A stretch of 63,976 bases of DNA, the filler included, from a candidate division WOR-3 bacterium (GTDB taxonomy: Bacteria > SDB-A), in the NCBI GenBank assembly GCA_016934535.1. It is 4 parts of 4 records of this genome, joined end to end, with 100 filler letters (N's around TTAATTAATTAA, not from the genome) between each part and the next. Parts side by side here need not be neighbours in the genome. Positions count along the whole stretch, not along the records: positions 39,920 to 54,705 come from JAFGSQ010000028.1; 3 more parts are not named here. One strand, given 5' to 3'. Under the pieces are notes generated by a model. It was given only the letters and a program-made list of their open reading frames with translations, was not told where the DNA came from and did no database searches. Positions within the stretch are counted from its first letter, which is position 1. Every line of letters begins with the position of its first letter. Shown piece by piece: positions 41,131-52,348 of this stretch. A program made the translations under genes and the position numbers.

Positions 41131-41571
41131 ATGGCAAAGGCTAAGAAAAAACAAATACAGGCAGTAATCAAGCTGCAGATACCTGCTGGTCAAGCGACTC
41201 CGGCTCCTCCTTTGGGACCGGCTTTGGGTCAGGCCGGCGTCAATATTCCCGAATTCATAAAGACTTTTAACGCGAGAACCGGCGGACAGGATCCGCTGCC
41301 TTTACCCACCGTGATTACGGTTTACAAAGACAAAACTTTTTCTTTTGAAGTCAAATCACCTCCGGTGGCGGTTCTTTTGAAAAAAAGCGTTAAAATTGCA
41401 AAAGGTTCCGGAGAACCAAACAAAATAAAAGTGGCCACAGTATCGGCTAAAGATGTCAGAGCCATAGCTGAAAAAAAACATCAGGACATGACAGCGGGAT
41501 CAGTTGAAAAAGCCATGAGCATGGTCAGGGGAACCGCGAGAAGCATGGGAATATTAGTGGAAGAAGGATGA
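41131..41571 (+). CDS. rplK: 50S ribosomal protein L11
   Basis: [21 protein letters not shown] and GTARSMG. Confidence 0.97.
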   Translation: MAKAKKKQIQAVIKLQIPAGQATPAPPLGPALGQAGVNIPEFIKTFNARTGGQDPLPLPTVITVYKDKTFSFEVKSPPVAVLLKKSVKIAKGSGEPNKIKVATVSAKDVRAIAEKKHQDMTAGSVEKAMSMVRGTARSMGILVEEG

Positions 41572-41572
41572 A

Positions 41573-42277
41573 ATGAAACACGGAAAAAGATACGACAATC
41601 TCAAAAAAGACCATTCCTCGAAAGAAGATTTTTCTCTCAAGGAAGGGGTTGAGAAAGCAAAAAGCATGGCTAACGCCAAATTCGACGAAACTCTCGAAGT
41701 TTCCGTGAAACTCGGCATAGATCCGAGAAAATCGGATCAGCTGGTCAGGGGAAGCGTCGTTCTTCCGCACGGCACCGGAAAAAAAGTCAAAGTTCTCGTT
41801 TTCGCCGGAACCGAAAAAGCACAGGAAGCCAAAGATGCAGGCGCCGATTATGTAGGCGCGGATGAATATATTGAAAAAATCCAGAAAGAGAACTGGCTTG
41901 ATTTTAACGCTGTCGTCGCAGTACCGCAGATGATGGGAAAAGTCGGCATGCTTGGAAAGATCCTCGGGCCGAGAGGACTAATGCCCAATCCTAAACTCGG
42001 CACAGTCACGATGAATGTCAAAGAAGTCGTCGAAGAGATAAAAAAAGGAAGGATCGAGTTTAAAAACGACAAGTCCGGAAACATTAACGTACCCGTGGGA
42101 AAGACATCATTTTCAGCAGAAAATCTTTTCGAAAACGTCAGTGAGTTTTTCAGGGAACTTATAAAGAGTAAACCGTCTTCGGTCAAGGGTACCTACATCA
42201 AATCGGTTTATCTCAGTCCAACAATGGGTCCGAGCGTTAAAATAAATGCGGCTGATTTGATTCAGCCCCAGCGCTGA
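41573..42277 (+). CDS. rplA: 50S ribosomal protein L1
   Basis: KFDETLE, LPHGTGK, LGPRGLMPNPK and TMGP. Confidence 0.97.
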   Translation: MKHGKRYDNLKKDHSSKEDFSLKEGVEKAKSMANAKFDETLEVSVKLGIDPRKSDQLVRGSVVLPHGTGKKVKVLVFAGTEKAQEAKDAGADYVGADEYIEKIQKENWLDFNAVVAVPQMMGKVGMLGKILGPRGLMPNPKLGTVTMNVKEVVEEIKKGRIEFKNDKSGNINVPVGKTSFSAENLFENVSEFFRELIKSKPSSVKGTYIKSVYLSPTMGPSVKINAADLIQPQR

Positions 42278-42302
42278 TACTGGTACAAGCAAGGAGTGGA
42301 AA

Positions 42303-42821
42303 ATGGCAACAAAGGAAAAAATAAGCCAGGTCCAGGACCTGACAAAGAGCATAAAAGAGGCTAAAGCTATATATATCAGCGATTATAAAGGGATGACCGT
42401 CGCTCAAATGACCTCGTTCCGGAAAAAAGTCAGAGATGCCGGGTTGAGTTTCAAGGTCGTCAAGAACACAATGACAAAAATCGCCCTTAACAACAGCGGA
42501 TATTCCGGCATGGATGATCTCCTTACCGGACCAACTGCTGTGGCGTTCAGTTATAAGGATCCGGTAATGCCGGCAAAGATAATCAAAGAGAGCTTCGCAG
42601 AAATGGGTTTTCCCATAATAAAAGGCGGTTTCCTTGAAGGTAAGCTCGTGACCAGGGAAGAAATAAACAGAATTGCGGATCTTCCGCCAAAAGAAGCTCT
42701 TCTCGGACAACTCGCCGGTACTCTGGCGGCTCCAATAACTGGATTCATGTTCGTAGGCAATAACATATTGTCAGGTTTTCTGAGGATTTTAAGTTCAATA
42801 AAAGACAGCAAAGAAAAATAA
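42303..42821 (+). CDS. rplJ: 50S ribosomal protein L10
   Basis: DYKGMTV, VVKNTM, GPTAVAF and LP.KE.L; operon position. Confidence 0.95.
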   Translation: MATKEKISQVQDLTKSIKEAKAIYISDYKGMTVAQMTSFRKKVRDAGLSFKVVKNTMTKIALNNSGYSGMDDLLTGPTAVAFSYKDPVMPAKIIKESFAEMGFPIIKGGFLEGKLVTREEINRIADLPPKEALLGQLAGTLAAPITGFMFVGNNILSGFLRILSSIKDSKEK

Positions 42822-42845
42822 GAAAACAAAATAGGGAGGTATTCG

Positions 42846-43229
42846 ATGTCTGAGGCTACCAAGCAAATATTGGAACTTGTTAAAGGTTTGACGGTTATGG
42901 AACTGTCTGAACTTATAAAAGAAATGGAAACAGTGTTCGGTGTTTCAGCCGCGGCTCCTGTCGTTCAGATGGCGGCGGGCGCCGGTCCTTCCCAGGCCGC
43001 TGAAGAGCAGGAAGAAAAAACGGAATTTGACGTAATACTGAAAGAATACGGCGATAAAAAAATCCCTGTGATCAAGGAAGTTAGAGCGATAACGGGCCTG
43101 GGACTTAAAGAAGCAAAGGACCTTGTAGAAGGCGTCCCCGCAAAAATTAAAGAACAGGTTTCGAAGAAAGAGGCTGAAGAAATGAAGAAACAACTCGAAA
43201 GCGCAGGAGCTGTCATAGAAATAAAGTAA
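42846..43229 (+). CDS. rplL: 50S ribosomal protein L7/L12
   Basis: [16 protein letters not shown] and [21 protein letters not shown]. Confidence 0.97.
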   Translation: MSEATKQILELVKGLTVMELSELIKEMETVFGVSAAAPVVQMAAGAGPSQAAEEQEEKTEFDVILKEYGDKKIPVIKEVRAITGLGLKEAKDLVEGVPAKIKEQVSKKEAEEMKKQLESAGAVIEIK

Positions 43230-43282
43230 TAGAGTCATAATAATTCTGAATGACTTGATGTTACTTGTTCGGATGTCGGGAA

Positions 43283-43324
43283 ATGTCTCAGGGACTTTGA
43301 TTCCCTGAGATGTTTCTTTCTTTT
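43283..43324 (+). terminator. rplL-rpoB intergenic terminator/attenuator
   Basis: ATGTCTCAGGGA...TCCCTGAGATGT followed by a T-rich tract. Confidence 0.75.
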
Positions 43325-43359
43325 AAATCTGTCTTTCTTTATTTTTCATGGAGGTAAAA

Positions 43360-46300
43360 TTGACAAAAGGTGAAAGAGTAAACTACGGTAAATTGACTTC
43401 ACCTTTGCCTATACCTGACCTTCTCGATGTTCAGAAAGAATCTTTCGCGAAATTTATTCAGAAAAACGTGCCCCAGAGCAAGAGAAAAAAAACAGGGCTT
43501 CAGGCTGTTTTGGAAGAATTCTTTCCCATCGAGGATCAGCAGGGCAGATGCGAATTGAGATTCGTCAATTATGAAATAGAACCGCCAAAATACAATCCAG
43601 ACGAATGTATTCGAAAAGGCAAGACGTATTCGGCTCCCTTGAAACTCAAACTGCAAATAGCCATAAAAGACAAGAAAAACGAAGCCATTGAGGAAATTCG
43701 CGAGCAGGACGTGTTCCTTTGCGATCTGCCCATGATGACAGAAAAGGCGAGTTTTATTATCAACGGAGTGGAAAGGGTTATAGTCTCTCAGCTCCACAGA
43801 AGTCCGGGTGTGTTTTTTAATGTCGAATACCATCACACGGGAAAAATGCTTATTGTCGCCCAGATAATTCCTCAAAAAGGAACGTGGATAGACATCAATC
43901 TGGATCACAATGAGATTTTGAACATAAGTCTTGACAGGAGAAGGCATTTTCCTCTGACGATCTGGCTTCAGGCAATAGGACTTGGCGATCCCGGTCAAAT
44001 TTTGGAGCGTTTTTTCGGATCAGAAACGGTAAAAATCTCGAATTTCACAGGTAAACAAGCCGAGAAATTGATCGGGAGAGTTACTGTCGAAGACATAACA
44101 GATCCAAATTCGGGAGAAGTTGTCCTTTTTTCAGGTTCCGAACTCACTTCCGGTTCACTGGACATGCTTAATCTTTTCGGTAAAAAAGAGTTGCTGCTGG
44201 TTAAGGACGATAACATTCCCGCCCTCGAAGTCATGAAAAAAACATTTGCAAAAGTCAAAAAGAGACTGTCTAAAGAAGAATCGGCTGAATATATTTTTAA
44301 ATTTCAAAGAGGCACTGATCCGGTTAATCCTGAAGCCGCAATCGATTACATAAACAGCATGTATTTCTCTCCCAAAAGATACAACCTCGGGGCAGTAGGA
44401 AGAAAGATGATGAAGGACAAACTCGGAAAAACACCGAATGAAGAAACGCTTTCTCTTTGCTCGGAAGATTTCGTCCACATAATGGATTATCTGTTCGGAT
44501 TGCTCGACAAAAACAAGGGACTCGACGTAGACGACATAGATCATCTGGGAAACAGACAGGTCAGAAGGGTAGGAGAGTTGCTCGCCGATCAGTTCAACAC
44601 TGCCATGATAAGGGTAGTAAAAGGAGTCAAAGACAGATTCATTCTCGAAAGCGATCCGAAAAAAATAGTTCCGCAGATGCTTGTCAACTCGAGATATGTG
44701 ACGAGCACTCTCATGGCTTTTTTTGGCCTCAGTCAGCTGTCGCAATACATGGAGCAGACAAACCCGCTTGCTGAAATGACACACAAGAGGAGGCTGAGCG
44801 CATTGGGGCCGGATGGGCTTACCAGAGATACTGCCGGATTTGAGGTAAGAGATGTCCATCATTCACATTACGGAAGACTCTGCCCTATAGAGACTCCGGA
44901 AGGTCCCAACATAGGATTGATAACGTCTCTGGCGATATACTCAAAAATAAACGAATACGGCTTCATTGAGACTCCTTACAGAAAAGTTGAAAAAGGGAAA
45001 CTGACTGACATAATAGAATATATGTCTCCGCATCCGGAAGACAAAAAGATCATAGCTCAAGCGAACGAACCGATTGATAACAACGGAAAATTGACAAATC
45101 ATGAGCTCGTAACCAGATACATGGACGATTATCCTGTTGTGGCCAGAGATCAAGTTGATTACATGGACGCTTATCCGACTCAATTACTGAGCATTTCGGC
45201 CGCGCTAATACCTTTCATGGAGCACGACGAAGCCAACAGAGCTCTGATGGGATCGAATATGCAGAGGCAGGCGGTCCCCCTTATCAGACCGGAATCACCT
45301 CTTGTTGGAACCGGTTTGGAAAGAACGGTCGCAAAAGATTCGCAGACCGTATTGACAGCAAAAAGAAAAGGCGAAGTTGTTTTCGTGAATTCAGAGGAAA
45401 TTAGAATTCAGCCGGATAAAACTTCCCTTCTGGTTTTCGGAGAAAAAGACCTCGACGTATATAAACTACAGAAATACAAAATGACCAATCAAAACTCTTC
45501 TGTAAATCAAAGACCCATAGTCAATGTAGGAGACAAAGTGAAAGAGGGTCAGGTCATAGCCGACAGCTCCTCTTCAGACGGCGGCGAACTTGCCCTCGGC
45601 AGAAACGTACTTGTAGCTCTAATGTCCTGGAGAGGCTACAATTTTGAAGACGCTATAATAATCAGTGAAAGACTCATAAAAGAGGATGTATTCACATCAG
45701 TAACCATTAATAAGTTCAACGTAGAAGTCAGGGAAACAAAGCTGGGTCCCGAGGAAATTACAAGAGAAGTTCCGAACGTCGGAGAGGATGCCACAAGAAA
45801 CCTCGACGAAAACGGCGTAATCAGGATAGGAGCCGAAGTCGGTCCGGACGATATCCTTGTCGGAAAAGTCACTCCAAAGGGTGAAACCGAATTGACTCCG
45901 CAAGAGAAACTTTTAAAGGCTATTTTCGGTGAAAAAGCAGCCGATGTGAGGGATACGTCGCTGAGAGTTCCGCCGGGAGTTCAGGGAGTCGTCATAGACG
46001 TTCACCAACTGAGCCGCAAAACTCAATCAGCCAACGAAAAGAAAGCAAACGAAAAAAAGATCAGAGAAATCGAAGAGAACTACAACAAACGGATAGAGGA
46101 ACATAAAAAACAGAGACTGGAAAAACTTGTTCAGCTTTTCGACGGAACTGTTCTGCCTGACGGCATTCTTGATATGCAGGGATCTGTCGTAATCCAGCGC
46201 GGCAAGAAGATCACTGCAAAAATGATCAAAGACACGGAATGGGACGAAATAGCAGTTCCTGATTCAGCCAAGGGAGACATGTTGACTCTCTCTAAAATAC

Positions 46301-47151
46301 TCACTGAGTCCAATAACATAATAGAAGAGTTCGAAAGGCTGAGAAACAACGAAGTCGAAGTACTAAGACAAGGTGACGATCTACCTCACGGATTATTGAA
46401 AAGAATAGACGTCTACGTGGCAGAAAAAAGGAAGCTGTCTGTAGGAGACAAAATGTCAGGAAGACACGGTAATAAAGGCGTAGTATCCATAATTGTCCCG
46501 GAAGAGGACATGCCCTATATGGAAGACGGAACACCCGTGGACGTAATACTCAATCCTCTCGGCGTTCCGTCCCGAATGAACATAGGACAGGTTCTCGAAA
46601 CGCATTTGGGATGGGCGGCTAAAAAACTTAACATAAAAATCGCGACGCCGGTATTTGACGGAATTTCAGTAAAAGAAATCGAGGGTCTTCTGGAAAAAGC
46701 CGAACTTCCAAAATCCGGAAAAGTCGCACTGCACGACGGTATTTCGGGTCAGGTTATTGACGGCGAAATCACAGTCGGATACATGTATATGCTGAAACTG
46801 GGGCACATGGTAGACGACAAAATCCATGCCAGAAGCATCGGTCCGTACTCGATGATCACACAGCAACCGCTCGGGGGAAAGGCTCATTTCGGAGGGCAGA
46901 GATTCGGAGAAATGGAAGTGTGGGCGCTCGAAGCATACGGAGCCGCTTACACTCTTCAGGAAATGCTGACTGTTAAATCCGATGACATAAGCGGCAGAAC
47001 TAAAATGTATGAAAGCATAATAAAGGGTGATAATCCGCCCGAACCCGGATTGCCGGCATCTTTCAATGTTCTCGTAAAAGAGCTGAACGGACTTTGCATG
47101 AACGTTGAAATTGAAAAAGGCAAATCAAAATCGAAACAGAACAAAAAGTAG
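43360..47151 (+). CDS. rpoB: RNA polymerase beta subunit
   Basis: NGVERVIVSQLHRSPG, ETPEGPNIGL, GDKMSGRHGNKG and GGQRFGEMEVWAL; TTG start after GGAGGT (ATG 43348 is an alternative). Confidence 0.98.
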   Translation: MTKGERVNYGKLTSPLPIPDLLDVQKESFAKFIQKNVPQSKRKKTGLQAVLEEFFPIEDQQGRCELRFVNYEIEPPKYNPDECIRKGKTYSAPLKLKLQIAIKDKKNEAIEEIREQDVFLCDLPMMTEKASFIINGVERVIVSQLHRSPGVFFNVEYHHTGKMLIVAQIIPQKGTWIDINLDHNEILNISLDRRRHFPLTIWLQAIGLGDPGQILERFFGSETVKISNFTGKQAEKLIGRVTVEDITDPNSGEVVLFSGSELTSGSLDMLNLFGKKELLLVKDDNIPALEVMKKTFAKVKKRLSKEESAEYIFKFQRGTDPVNPEAAIDYINSMYFSPKRYNLGAVGRKMMKDKLGKTPNEETLSLCSEDFVHIMDYLFGLLDKNKGLDVDDIDHLGNRQVRRVGELLADQFNTAMIRVVKGVKDRFILESDPKKIVPQMLVNSRYVTSTLMAFFGLSQLSQYMEQTNPLAEMTHKRRLSALGPDGLTRDTAGFEVRDVHHSHYGRLCPIETPEGPNIGLITSLAIYSKINEYGFIETPYRKVEKGKLTDIIEYMSPHPEDKKIIAQANEPIDNNGKLTNHELVTRYMDDYPVVARDQVDYMDAYPTQLLSISAALIPFMEHDEANRALMGSNMQRQAVPLIRPESPLVGTGLERTVAKDSQTVLTAKRKGEVVFVNSEEIRIQPDKTSLLVFGEKDLDVYKLQKYKMTNQNSSVNQRPIVNVGDKVKEGQVIADSSSSDGGELALGRNVLVALMSWRGYNFEDAIIISERLIKEDVFTSVTINKFNVEVRETKLGPEEITREVPNVGEDATRNLDENGVIRIGAEVGPDDILVGKVTPKGETELTPQEKLLKAIFGEKAADVRDTSLRVPPGVQGVVIDVHQLSRKTQSANEKKANEKKIREIEENYNKRIEEHKKQRLEKLVQLFDGTVLPDGILDMQGSVVIQRGKKITAKMIKDTEWDEIAVPDSAKGDMLTLSKILTESNNIIEEFERLRNNEVEVLRQGDDLPHGLLKRIDVYVAEKRKLSVGDKMSGRHGNKGVVSIIVPEEDMPYMEDGTPVDVILNPLGVPSRMNIGQVLETHLGWAAKKLNIKIATPVFDGISVKEIEGLLEKAELPKSGKVALHDGISGQVIDGEITVGYMYMLKLGHMVDDKIHARSIGPYSMITQQPLGGKAHFGGQRFGEMEVWALEAYGAAYTLQEMLTVKSDDISGRTKMYESIIKGDNPPEPGLPASFNVLVKELNGLCMNVEIEKGKSKSKQNKK

Positions 47152-47173
47152 TTTTATCTCTTGAGGAGGTAAA

Positions 47174-50100
47174 TTGAAATACAACTATTTTTCAAGATCG
47201 CAGAAGGACCAGAACGCAGACCTAAGTATAGATTTGCTGAAATTGAGTGTTGCCTCGCCTACTGTTATTCGTGACTGGTCTAACGGCGAAGTCATAAATT
47301 CCGAGACAATAAATTACAGGACGCAAAAACCCGAGCCGGGCGGACTCTTTTGCGAAAAAATATTCGGACCCGTTAAGGATTTTGAATGTAACTGCGGAAA
47401 ATACAAACACGTAAGATACAGAGGCGTTGTCTGCGAAAGATGCGGAGTGGAAGTTACGAGCTCGAAAAGCAGAAGAGAGAGGATGGGACACATCGAACTC
47501 GCGGTACCCGTTGCGCATATATGGTTTTATAAAGTGACACCGAGCAGAATAGCTCTTCTTTTGAACATGACGCAGGACATGCTTCAGAGAGTATTGTTTT
47601 ACGAAGCCTACATTGTTTTAAACCCGGGAAATCTCGGCGATGACAATCCGTACGCTGTCAAAAAAGGAGGCTTTCTTTCAGAAGAACAAAAAAGCGAGAT
47701 TGAAGAAAAAGTTGAAGAAGGCCTCTTCAAAAGCCTGAAGCTCGGAATAGGAGGAGAAGGAATCAGAGAAGCTCTGCAGGACCTGGACCTTGAAAAACTG
47801 ACGGCAGATCTGAGATCCAGAATTAAAATAGAAAAATCCGAAGACGCCAAAACCAAGATGCTGAAAAGACTGAAAGTTGTTGAAGCTTTTCGGAATTCAA
47901 GCAATCATCCTGAAGACATGATCCTGACTGTAATCCCTGTGATTCCTCCTGAATTGAGACCTCTCGTAGCTCTCGACGGGGGAAGATTCGCATCAAGCGA
48001 TTTGAACGATCTTTACCGGCGGGTGATCTCGAGGAATAACAGGCTGAAAAGTCTCATAAACATAAAAGCTCCCGATATAATTATAAGAAATGAAATGAGA
48101 ATGCTTCAAGACGCCGTGGATGCTCTTTTTGACAATTCGAGGAGAGCGAAGAACGTCAGGGGGAAAGGCAATAAACCGCTAAGATCTCTTGCGGACGTGC
48201 TGAAAGGAAAGCAAGGCAGGTTCAGATCAAATCTTCTCGGAAAAAGGGTTGACTACTCGGGAAGATCAGTAATAGTTGTCGGCCCGAAGCTCAAAATCCA
48301 TCAATGCGGGCTTCCGAAAGAGATAGCACTCGAACTTTACAAACCGTTCATAATCCGGAAACTGGAGGAGAGAGGACACGCTCAATCAATAAAAGGAGCG
48401 GAGAGACTCCTGGAAAAGGGGTCCCCTGAAGTATGGAGCATACTCGAGGAAATCGTTAAGGATCATCCCGTGATGCTCAACAGAGCTCCGACATTGCACA
48501 GACTCGGCATTCAGGCTTTTCAGCCGGTATTGATTGACGAGAAAGCCATTCAGGTTCATCCGCTGGTCTGCACGGCTTTCAACGCCGACTTTGACGGCGA
48601 TCAGATGGCTGTCCATCTTCCGCTGTCATATGAAGCCCAGGCCGAAGCCTATCTTCTTATGATGTCCTCGAACAACCTTCTTTCTCCATCCAACGGTGCT
48701 CCCATTGTGGCTCCAACGAAAGACTTGGTTCTAGGAATATATTATCTTACGAAAGGAAAAGAGAAGGCCGAAGGCGAGGGCAAACATTTTTCCAGTGTTG
48801 AAGAGATAGACATGGCGCGGGAATTCAGCGATCTCGACCTTCACGCACATATAAAATATCCCGTCGCCGGAAGAATAATCGGAGTTAATGAAAAAGGAAG
48901 GGACGAAGACAGGGTCGTAACCAAGGAAATAATAACAACGACCCCCGGAAGAGTCATATTCAATCAGATACTGCCTGAAGGAATGCCGTTTTATAATATA
49001 GTCATTGAAAAGAAAATACTCGCCGGAATTATTGCCAACGTCAATTATATGTTCGGCAACGAGAGAACCGCAAAGTTTTTGGACGACTTAAAGGATCTCG
49101 GATTTCATTTCGCCACTTTCTCCGGTGTGACTTTCGGCATGTATGATCTTGTTGATACACCTGAAAGACCTTCGATTTTGAAAAGAACACAGACTGAAGT
49201 AGATAAAATCAGAGACAATTTCAAAAAGGGTGAAATCACCGAGAATGAAAAATACCAGAGAACAATAGAAGCGTGGACCAAAGCTACAAACGAAGTTGAA
49301 GAACGCATGATAGAAACCTTTCAAGCGGACAGAAAAGGTTTCAATCCGATTTACATGATGGTCAATTCCGGCGCAAGAGGAAGCAGGGAACAGGTCAGAC
49401 AGCTTGCGGGTGTGAGAGGATTAATGACTCGACCTCAAAAAAAGATCACGGGTCAAAAAGGAGAGATCATTGAATCCCCTGTGCTGTCGAATTTCAAAGA
49501 GGGATTGAAGGTGCTCGAATACTTCATTTCGTCTCACGGAGCGAGAAAGGGGCTGACAGATACGGCGTTGAAGACTTCGGAAGCCGGTTATCTGACGAGA
49601 AGGCTGATCGATGTCGCTCAGGATGTGATAATTACGGAACCTGACTGCGGGACAATAAAAGGACTTGAAATGCAGGCTCTGACAGAAGGCGGAGAAATTA
49701 TTGAACCTCTGTCTGACAGAATCGAGGGAAGATTTGCCCTCGACGACATAGAGGACCCGCAGACTCACGAAGTGATAGTCCATGAAGGTGAAGTGATGTC
49801 AAAAGAACTCGCGCTCAAAATTGAGTACAGAAATATAAGCAAAGTAAAAATCAGATCGGTTTTGACTTGTGAAGCAGAGAAAGGTTTATGCCAGAAGTGC
49901 TATGGAAAAGATCTTTCGACGGGGAAAACGGTTTCCATAGGCGAAGCCGTCGGAATTATTGCCGCACAGTCAATAGGAGAACCAGGCACACAGCTTACTC
50001 TGAGAACATTCCACATCGGAGGAACCGCCACTCGTATAGCACAGCAATCCATCGTAAAATCAATAATCACCGGAGCGGTCAAGTTTCAGAAAGTTAAAAC

Positions 50101-51349
50101 CATAAAACGAGATATTGACGAAAAAAGGATAGTCATCTCACGTAACGGAGAAATTATAATCAAGGGCAGAGAACGCGAAGTGACTCACAAGATACCTCAC
50201 GGTTCCGTGCTTTTGGCCGTAGAGGGGGCTTACGTAGACACGGACACACCTCTCTATGAATGGGATCCTTTTTCCGATCCTATACTGTCCGAAACTAACG
50301 GTATAGTCAGGTACAAAGACCTTATTGATAACCTGACCATGAGATATGAAACTCATCCGCAAACCGGAGAAAAGCAGGTTCTCGTTGTCGAGCATAAAGA
50401 AAGAGGTCTTATTCCGGCACTGGAAATTGAACCTTCAGAGACCAGCAGAAAAAAACAGGTCGCTTTGGTCCCTATCGGAACTTATATCATTGTCGAGAAT
50501 GGAAAGAGGGTCACTCCCGGAGACATAATCGGTAAAATTCCGAGAGAAAGCAGCAGAAGCAGGGACATAACTGCAGGATTGCCTAGAGTTGAAGAGCTCT
50601 TCGAAATGAGAAGACCCAAAAATGCGGCAATAATTTCGGAAATCAGGGGAGAAGTCAAATTTATGGACACGACAAAAGGAGCCAAAGCCATAAAAATCGT
50701 CAGTGAAGTGGGTGACGATAAAGAATACGTGGTTCCATACGGTAAACACATACTTGTTCACGAAGGACAATTCGTTGAAGGAGGAGAAAAACTCACAGAC
50801 GGACAAGTATACCCTCCGGATATACTTCAGGCTAAAGGGCCTCTCGCGGTTCAGGAATTTCTTCTCAACGAAGTACAGGAAGTATACAGGCTCCAGGGAG
50901 TTAAAATAGCCGATCGTCATATAGCTCTTATTATCAGACAACTTCTGAGAAGGGTAAAAATTGAAGATTCGGGGGACACAAATCTCATAGAGGGCGAAAT
51001 AGTTGACAGCAAAACTGTTACGTTTGAAAATAACAGAATATTAAAAGCCGGAGGAAAACCGGCGACTTACAGATACATACTGCTGGGTGTGACCAAAACT
51101 GCTTTGACGGCAGAGAGTTTTATATCGGCGGCGAGTTTCCAGGAAACAACAAAAGTGTTGACATCGGCTGCCATTGAAGGTAAGAGAGACACTCTGGAAG
51201 GGATCAAAGAAAACGTCATAGTCGGCAATTTGATACCTGCGGGCACAGGTTTGAGAATTTACAGAGCCATAAGGGTCGAAGGCGAGGAAGACGTCGAAGA
51301 AAAGAAAGAGGACTCTGTCGTTATACTGAGTACAGAAGAACAGAAATAG
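47174..51349 (+). CDS. rpoC: RNA polymerase beta' subunit
   Basis: GLFCEKIFGP, NADFDGDQMAVH and GEPGTQLTLRTFH. Confidence 0.98.
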   Translation: MKYNYFSRSQKDQNADLSIDLLKLSVASPTVIRDWSNGEVINSETINYRTQKPEPGGLFCEKIFGPVKDFECNCGKYKHVRYRGVVCERCGVEVTSSKSRRERMGHIELAVPVAHIWFYKVTPSRIALLLNMTQDMLQRVLFYEAYIVLNPGNLGDDNPYAVKKGGFLSEEQKSEIEEKVEEGLFKSLKLGIGGEGIREALQDLDLEKLTADLRSRIKIEKSEDAKTKMLKRLKVVEAFRNSSNHPEDMILTVIPVIPPELRPLVALDGGRFASSDLNDLYRRVISRNNRLKSLINIKAPDIIIRNEMRMLQDAVDALFDNSRRAKNVRGKGNKPLRSLADVLKGKQGRFRSNLLGKRVDYSGRSVIVVGPKLKIHQCGLPKEIALELYKPFIIRKLEERGHAQSIKGAERLLEKGSPEVWSILEEIVKDHPVMLNRAPTLHRLGIQAFQPVLIDEKAIQVHPLVCTAFNADFDGDQMAVHLPLSYEAQAEAYLLMMSSNNLLSPSNGAPIVAPTKDLVLGIYYLTKGKEKAEGEGKHFSSVEEIDMAREFSDLDLHAHIKYPVAGRIIGVNEKGRDEDRVVTKEIITTTPGRVIFNQILPEGMPFYNIVIEKKILAGIIANVNYMFGNERTAKFLDDLKDLGFHFATFSGVTFGMYDLVDTPERPSILKRTQTEVDKIRDNFKKGEITENEKYQRTIEAWTKATNEVEERMIETFQADRKGFNPIYMMVNSGARGSREQVRQLAGVRGLMTRPQKKITGQKGEIIESPVLSNFKEGLKVLEYFISSHGARKGLTDTALKTSEAGYLTRRLIDVAQDVIITEPDCGTIKGLEMQALTEGGEIIEPLSDRIEGRFALDDIEDPQTHEVIVHEGEVMSKELALKIEYRNISKVKIRSVLTCEAEKGLCQKCYGKDLSTGKTVSIGEAVGIIAAQSIGEPGTQLTLRTFHIGGTATRIAQQSIVKSIITGAVKFQKVKTIKRDIDEKRIVISRNGEIIIKGREREVTHKIPHGSVLLAVEGAYVDTDTPLYEWDPFSDPILSETNGIVRYKDLIDNLTMRYETHPQTGEKQVLVVEHKERGLIPALEIEPSETSRKKQVALVPIGTYIIVENGKRVTPGDIIGKIPRESSRSRDITAGLPRVEELFEMRRPKNAAIISEIRGEVKFMDTTKGAKAIKIVSEVGDDKEYVVPYGKHILVHEGQFVEGGEKLTDGQVYPPDILQAKGPLAVQEFLLNEVQEVYRLQGVKIADRHIALIIRQLLRRVKIEDSGDTNLIEGEIVDSKTVTFENNRILKAGGKPATYRYILLGVTKTALTAESFISAASFQETTKVLTSAAIEGKRDTLEGIKENVIVGNLIPAGTGLRIYRAIRVEGEEDVEEKKEDSVVILSTEEQK

Positions 51350-51388
51350 AAAACGAAATATTATAAATTTACTTTTTTGGAGGAAACA

Positions 51389-51763
51389 ATGCCCACGATA
51401 AATCAGCTCGTGAGAAAAGGAAGAAAGAAAATAGTCAAGAAGACAAAAGCACCCGCGCTGACCAAATGCCCCCAGAAGAGAGGTGTTTGCGTCAGAGTAT
51501 ATACGACGAGCCCGAAAAAACCCAATTCGGCTCTCAGAAAAGTTGCTCGCGTGAGACTCAGCAACGGTTATGAAGTCACCGCGTACATACCCGGTGAAGG
51601 TCATAACCTCCAGGAACATTCCACAGTCTTGATCAGAGGTGGAAGGGTGAAGGATCTTCCGGGCGTCAGATATCACATTGTCAGAGGTGTTCTCGACTCA
51701 GCGGGCGTCGAGGGCCGCAAGCAAAGTAGATCTCTTTACGGGACAAAAAAGGCAAAGAAATAA
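51389..51763 (+). CDS. rpsL: 30S ribosomal protein S12
   Basis: [22 protein letters not shown] and [12 protein letters not shown]. Confidence 0.98.
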   Translation: MPTINQLVRKGRKKIVKKTKAPALTKCPQKRGVCVRVYTTSPKKPNSALRKVARVRLSNGYEVTAYIPGEGHNLQEHSTVLIRGGRVKDLPGVRYHIVRGVLDSAGVEGRKQSRSLYGTKKAKK

Positions 51764-51775
51764 CCGGAGGAACCG

Positions 51776-52249
51776 ATGTCCAGAAAACACAAAACGTATA
51801 AAAGAATCATACCGCCAGATCCGAATTTCAACAGTGAACTCGTAAGTAAATTCGTCAACGTCGTGATGAAGAGAGGTAAAAAGGGAACGGCCGAAACAAT
51901 AGTGTACGGCGCTCTAGACATTGTCGCTCAGAAACTTAAAATCGCCGATCCCATAGAAATTTTCGAAAAGGCTGTCAATAACGTCAAACCGACTATAGAA
52001 GTAAAACCGAGGAGAATAGGCGGCGCGACATATCAGATTCCCGTGGATGTTCCCACAAACAGACGAATAGCGCTTGCGATAAGATGGCTTCTCAGTTCGG
52101 CCAGAGCGAGAAGCGAGAAAACTATGAAGGAAAGACTTGCAGCAGAATTTATAGCCGCGAGCAACAAAGAGGGAACCGCGATAAAGAAAAAAGAAGATAC
52201 TCACAAGATGGCTGAAGCCAACAAAGCTTTTGCCAGCTACATGTGGTAA
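51776..52249 (+). CDS. rpsG: 30S ribosomal protein S7
   Basis: RRIGGATYQIP and HKMAEANKAF. Confidence 0.98.
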   Translation: MSRKHKTYKRIIPPDPNFNSELVSKFVNVVMKRGKKGTAETIVYGALDIVAQKLKIADPIEIFEKAVNNVKPTIEVKPRRIGGATYQIPVDVPTNRRIALAIRWLLSSARARSEKTMKERLAAEFIAASNKEGTAIKKKEDTHKMAEANKAFASYMW

Positions 52250-52280
52250 TTTTTTACCTTTAACTCAGAAAACTAATAAG

Positions 52281-52323
52281 CGGCAGCATAACGGGAAGAC
52301 CAAGACGTGCTGCCGGTTTTTTT
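52281..52323 (+). terminator. Terminator-like hairpin between rpsG and fusA
   Basis: CGGCAGCAT...GTGCTGCCG followed by G and a T7 tract. Confidence 0.65.
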
Positions 52324-52348
52324 AACGGACGGATTGTTTTAGCAAATT

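Noticed and set aside
42278-42302. L10 leader upstream of rplJ
   Set aside because: The intergenic gap is only 25 nt, leaving no room for the structure
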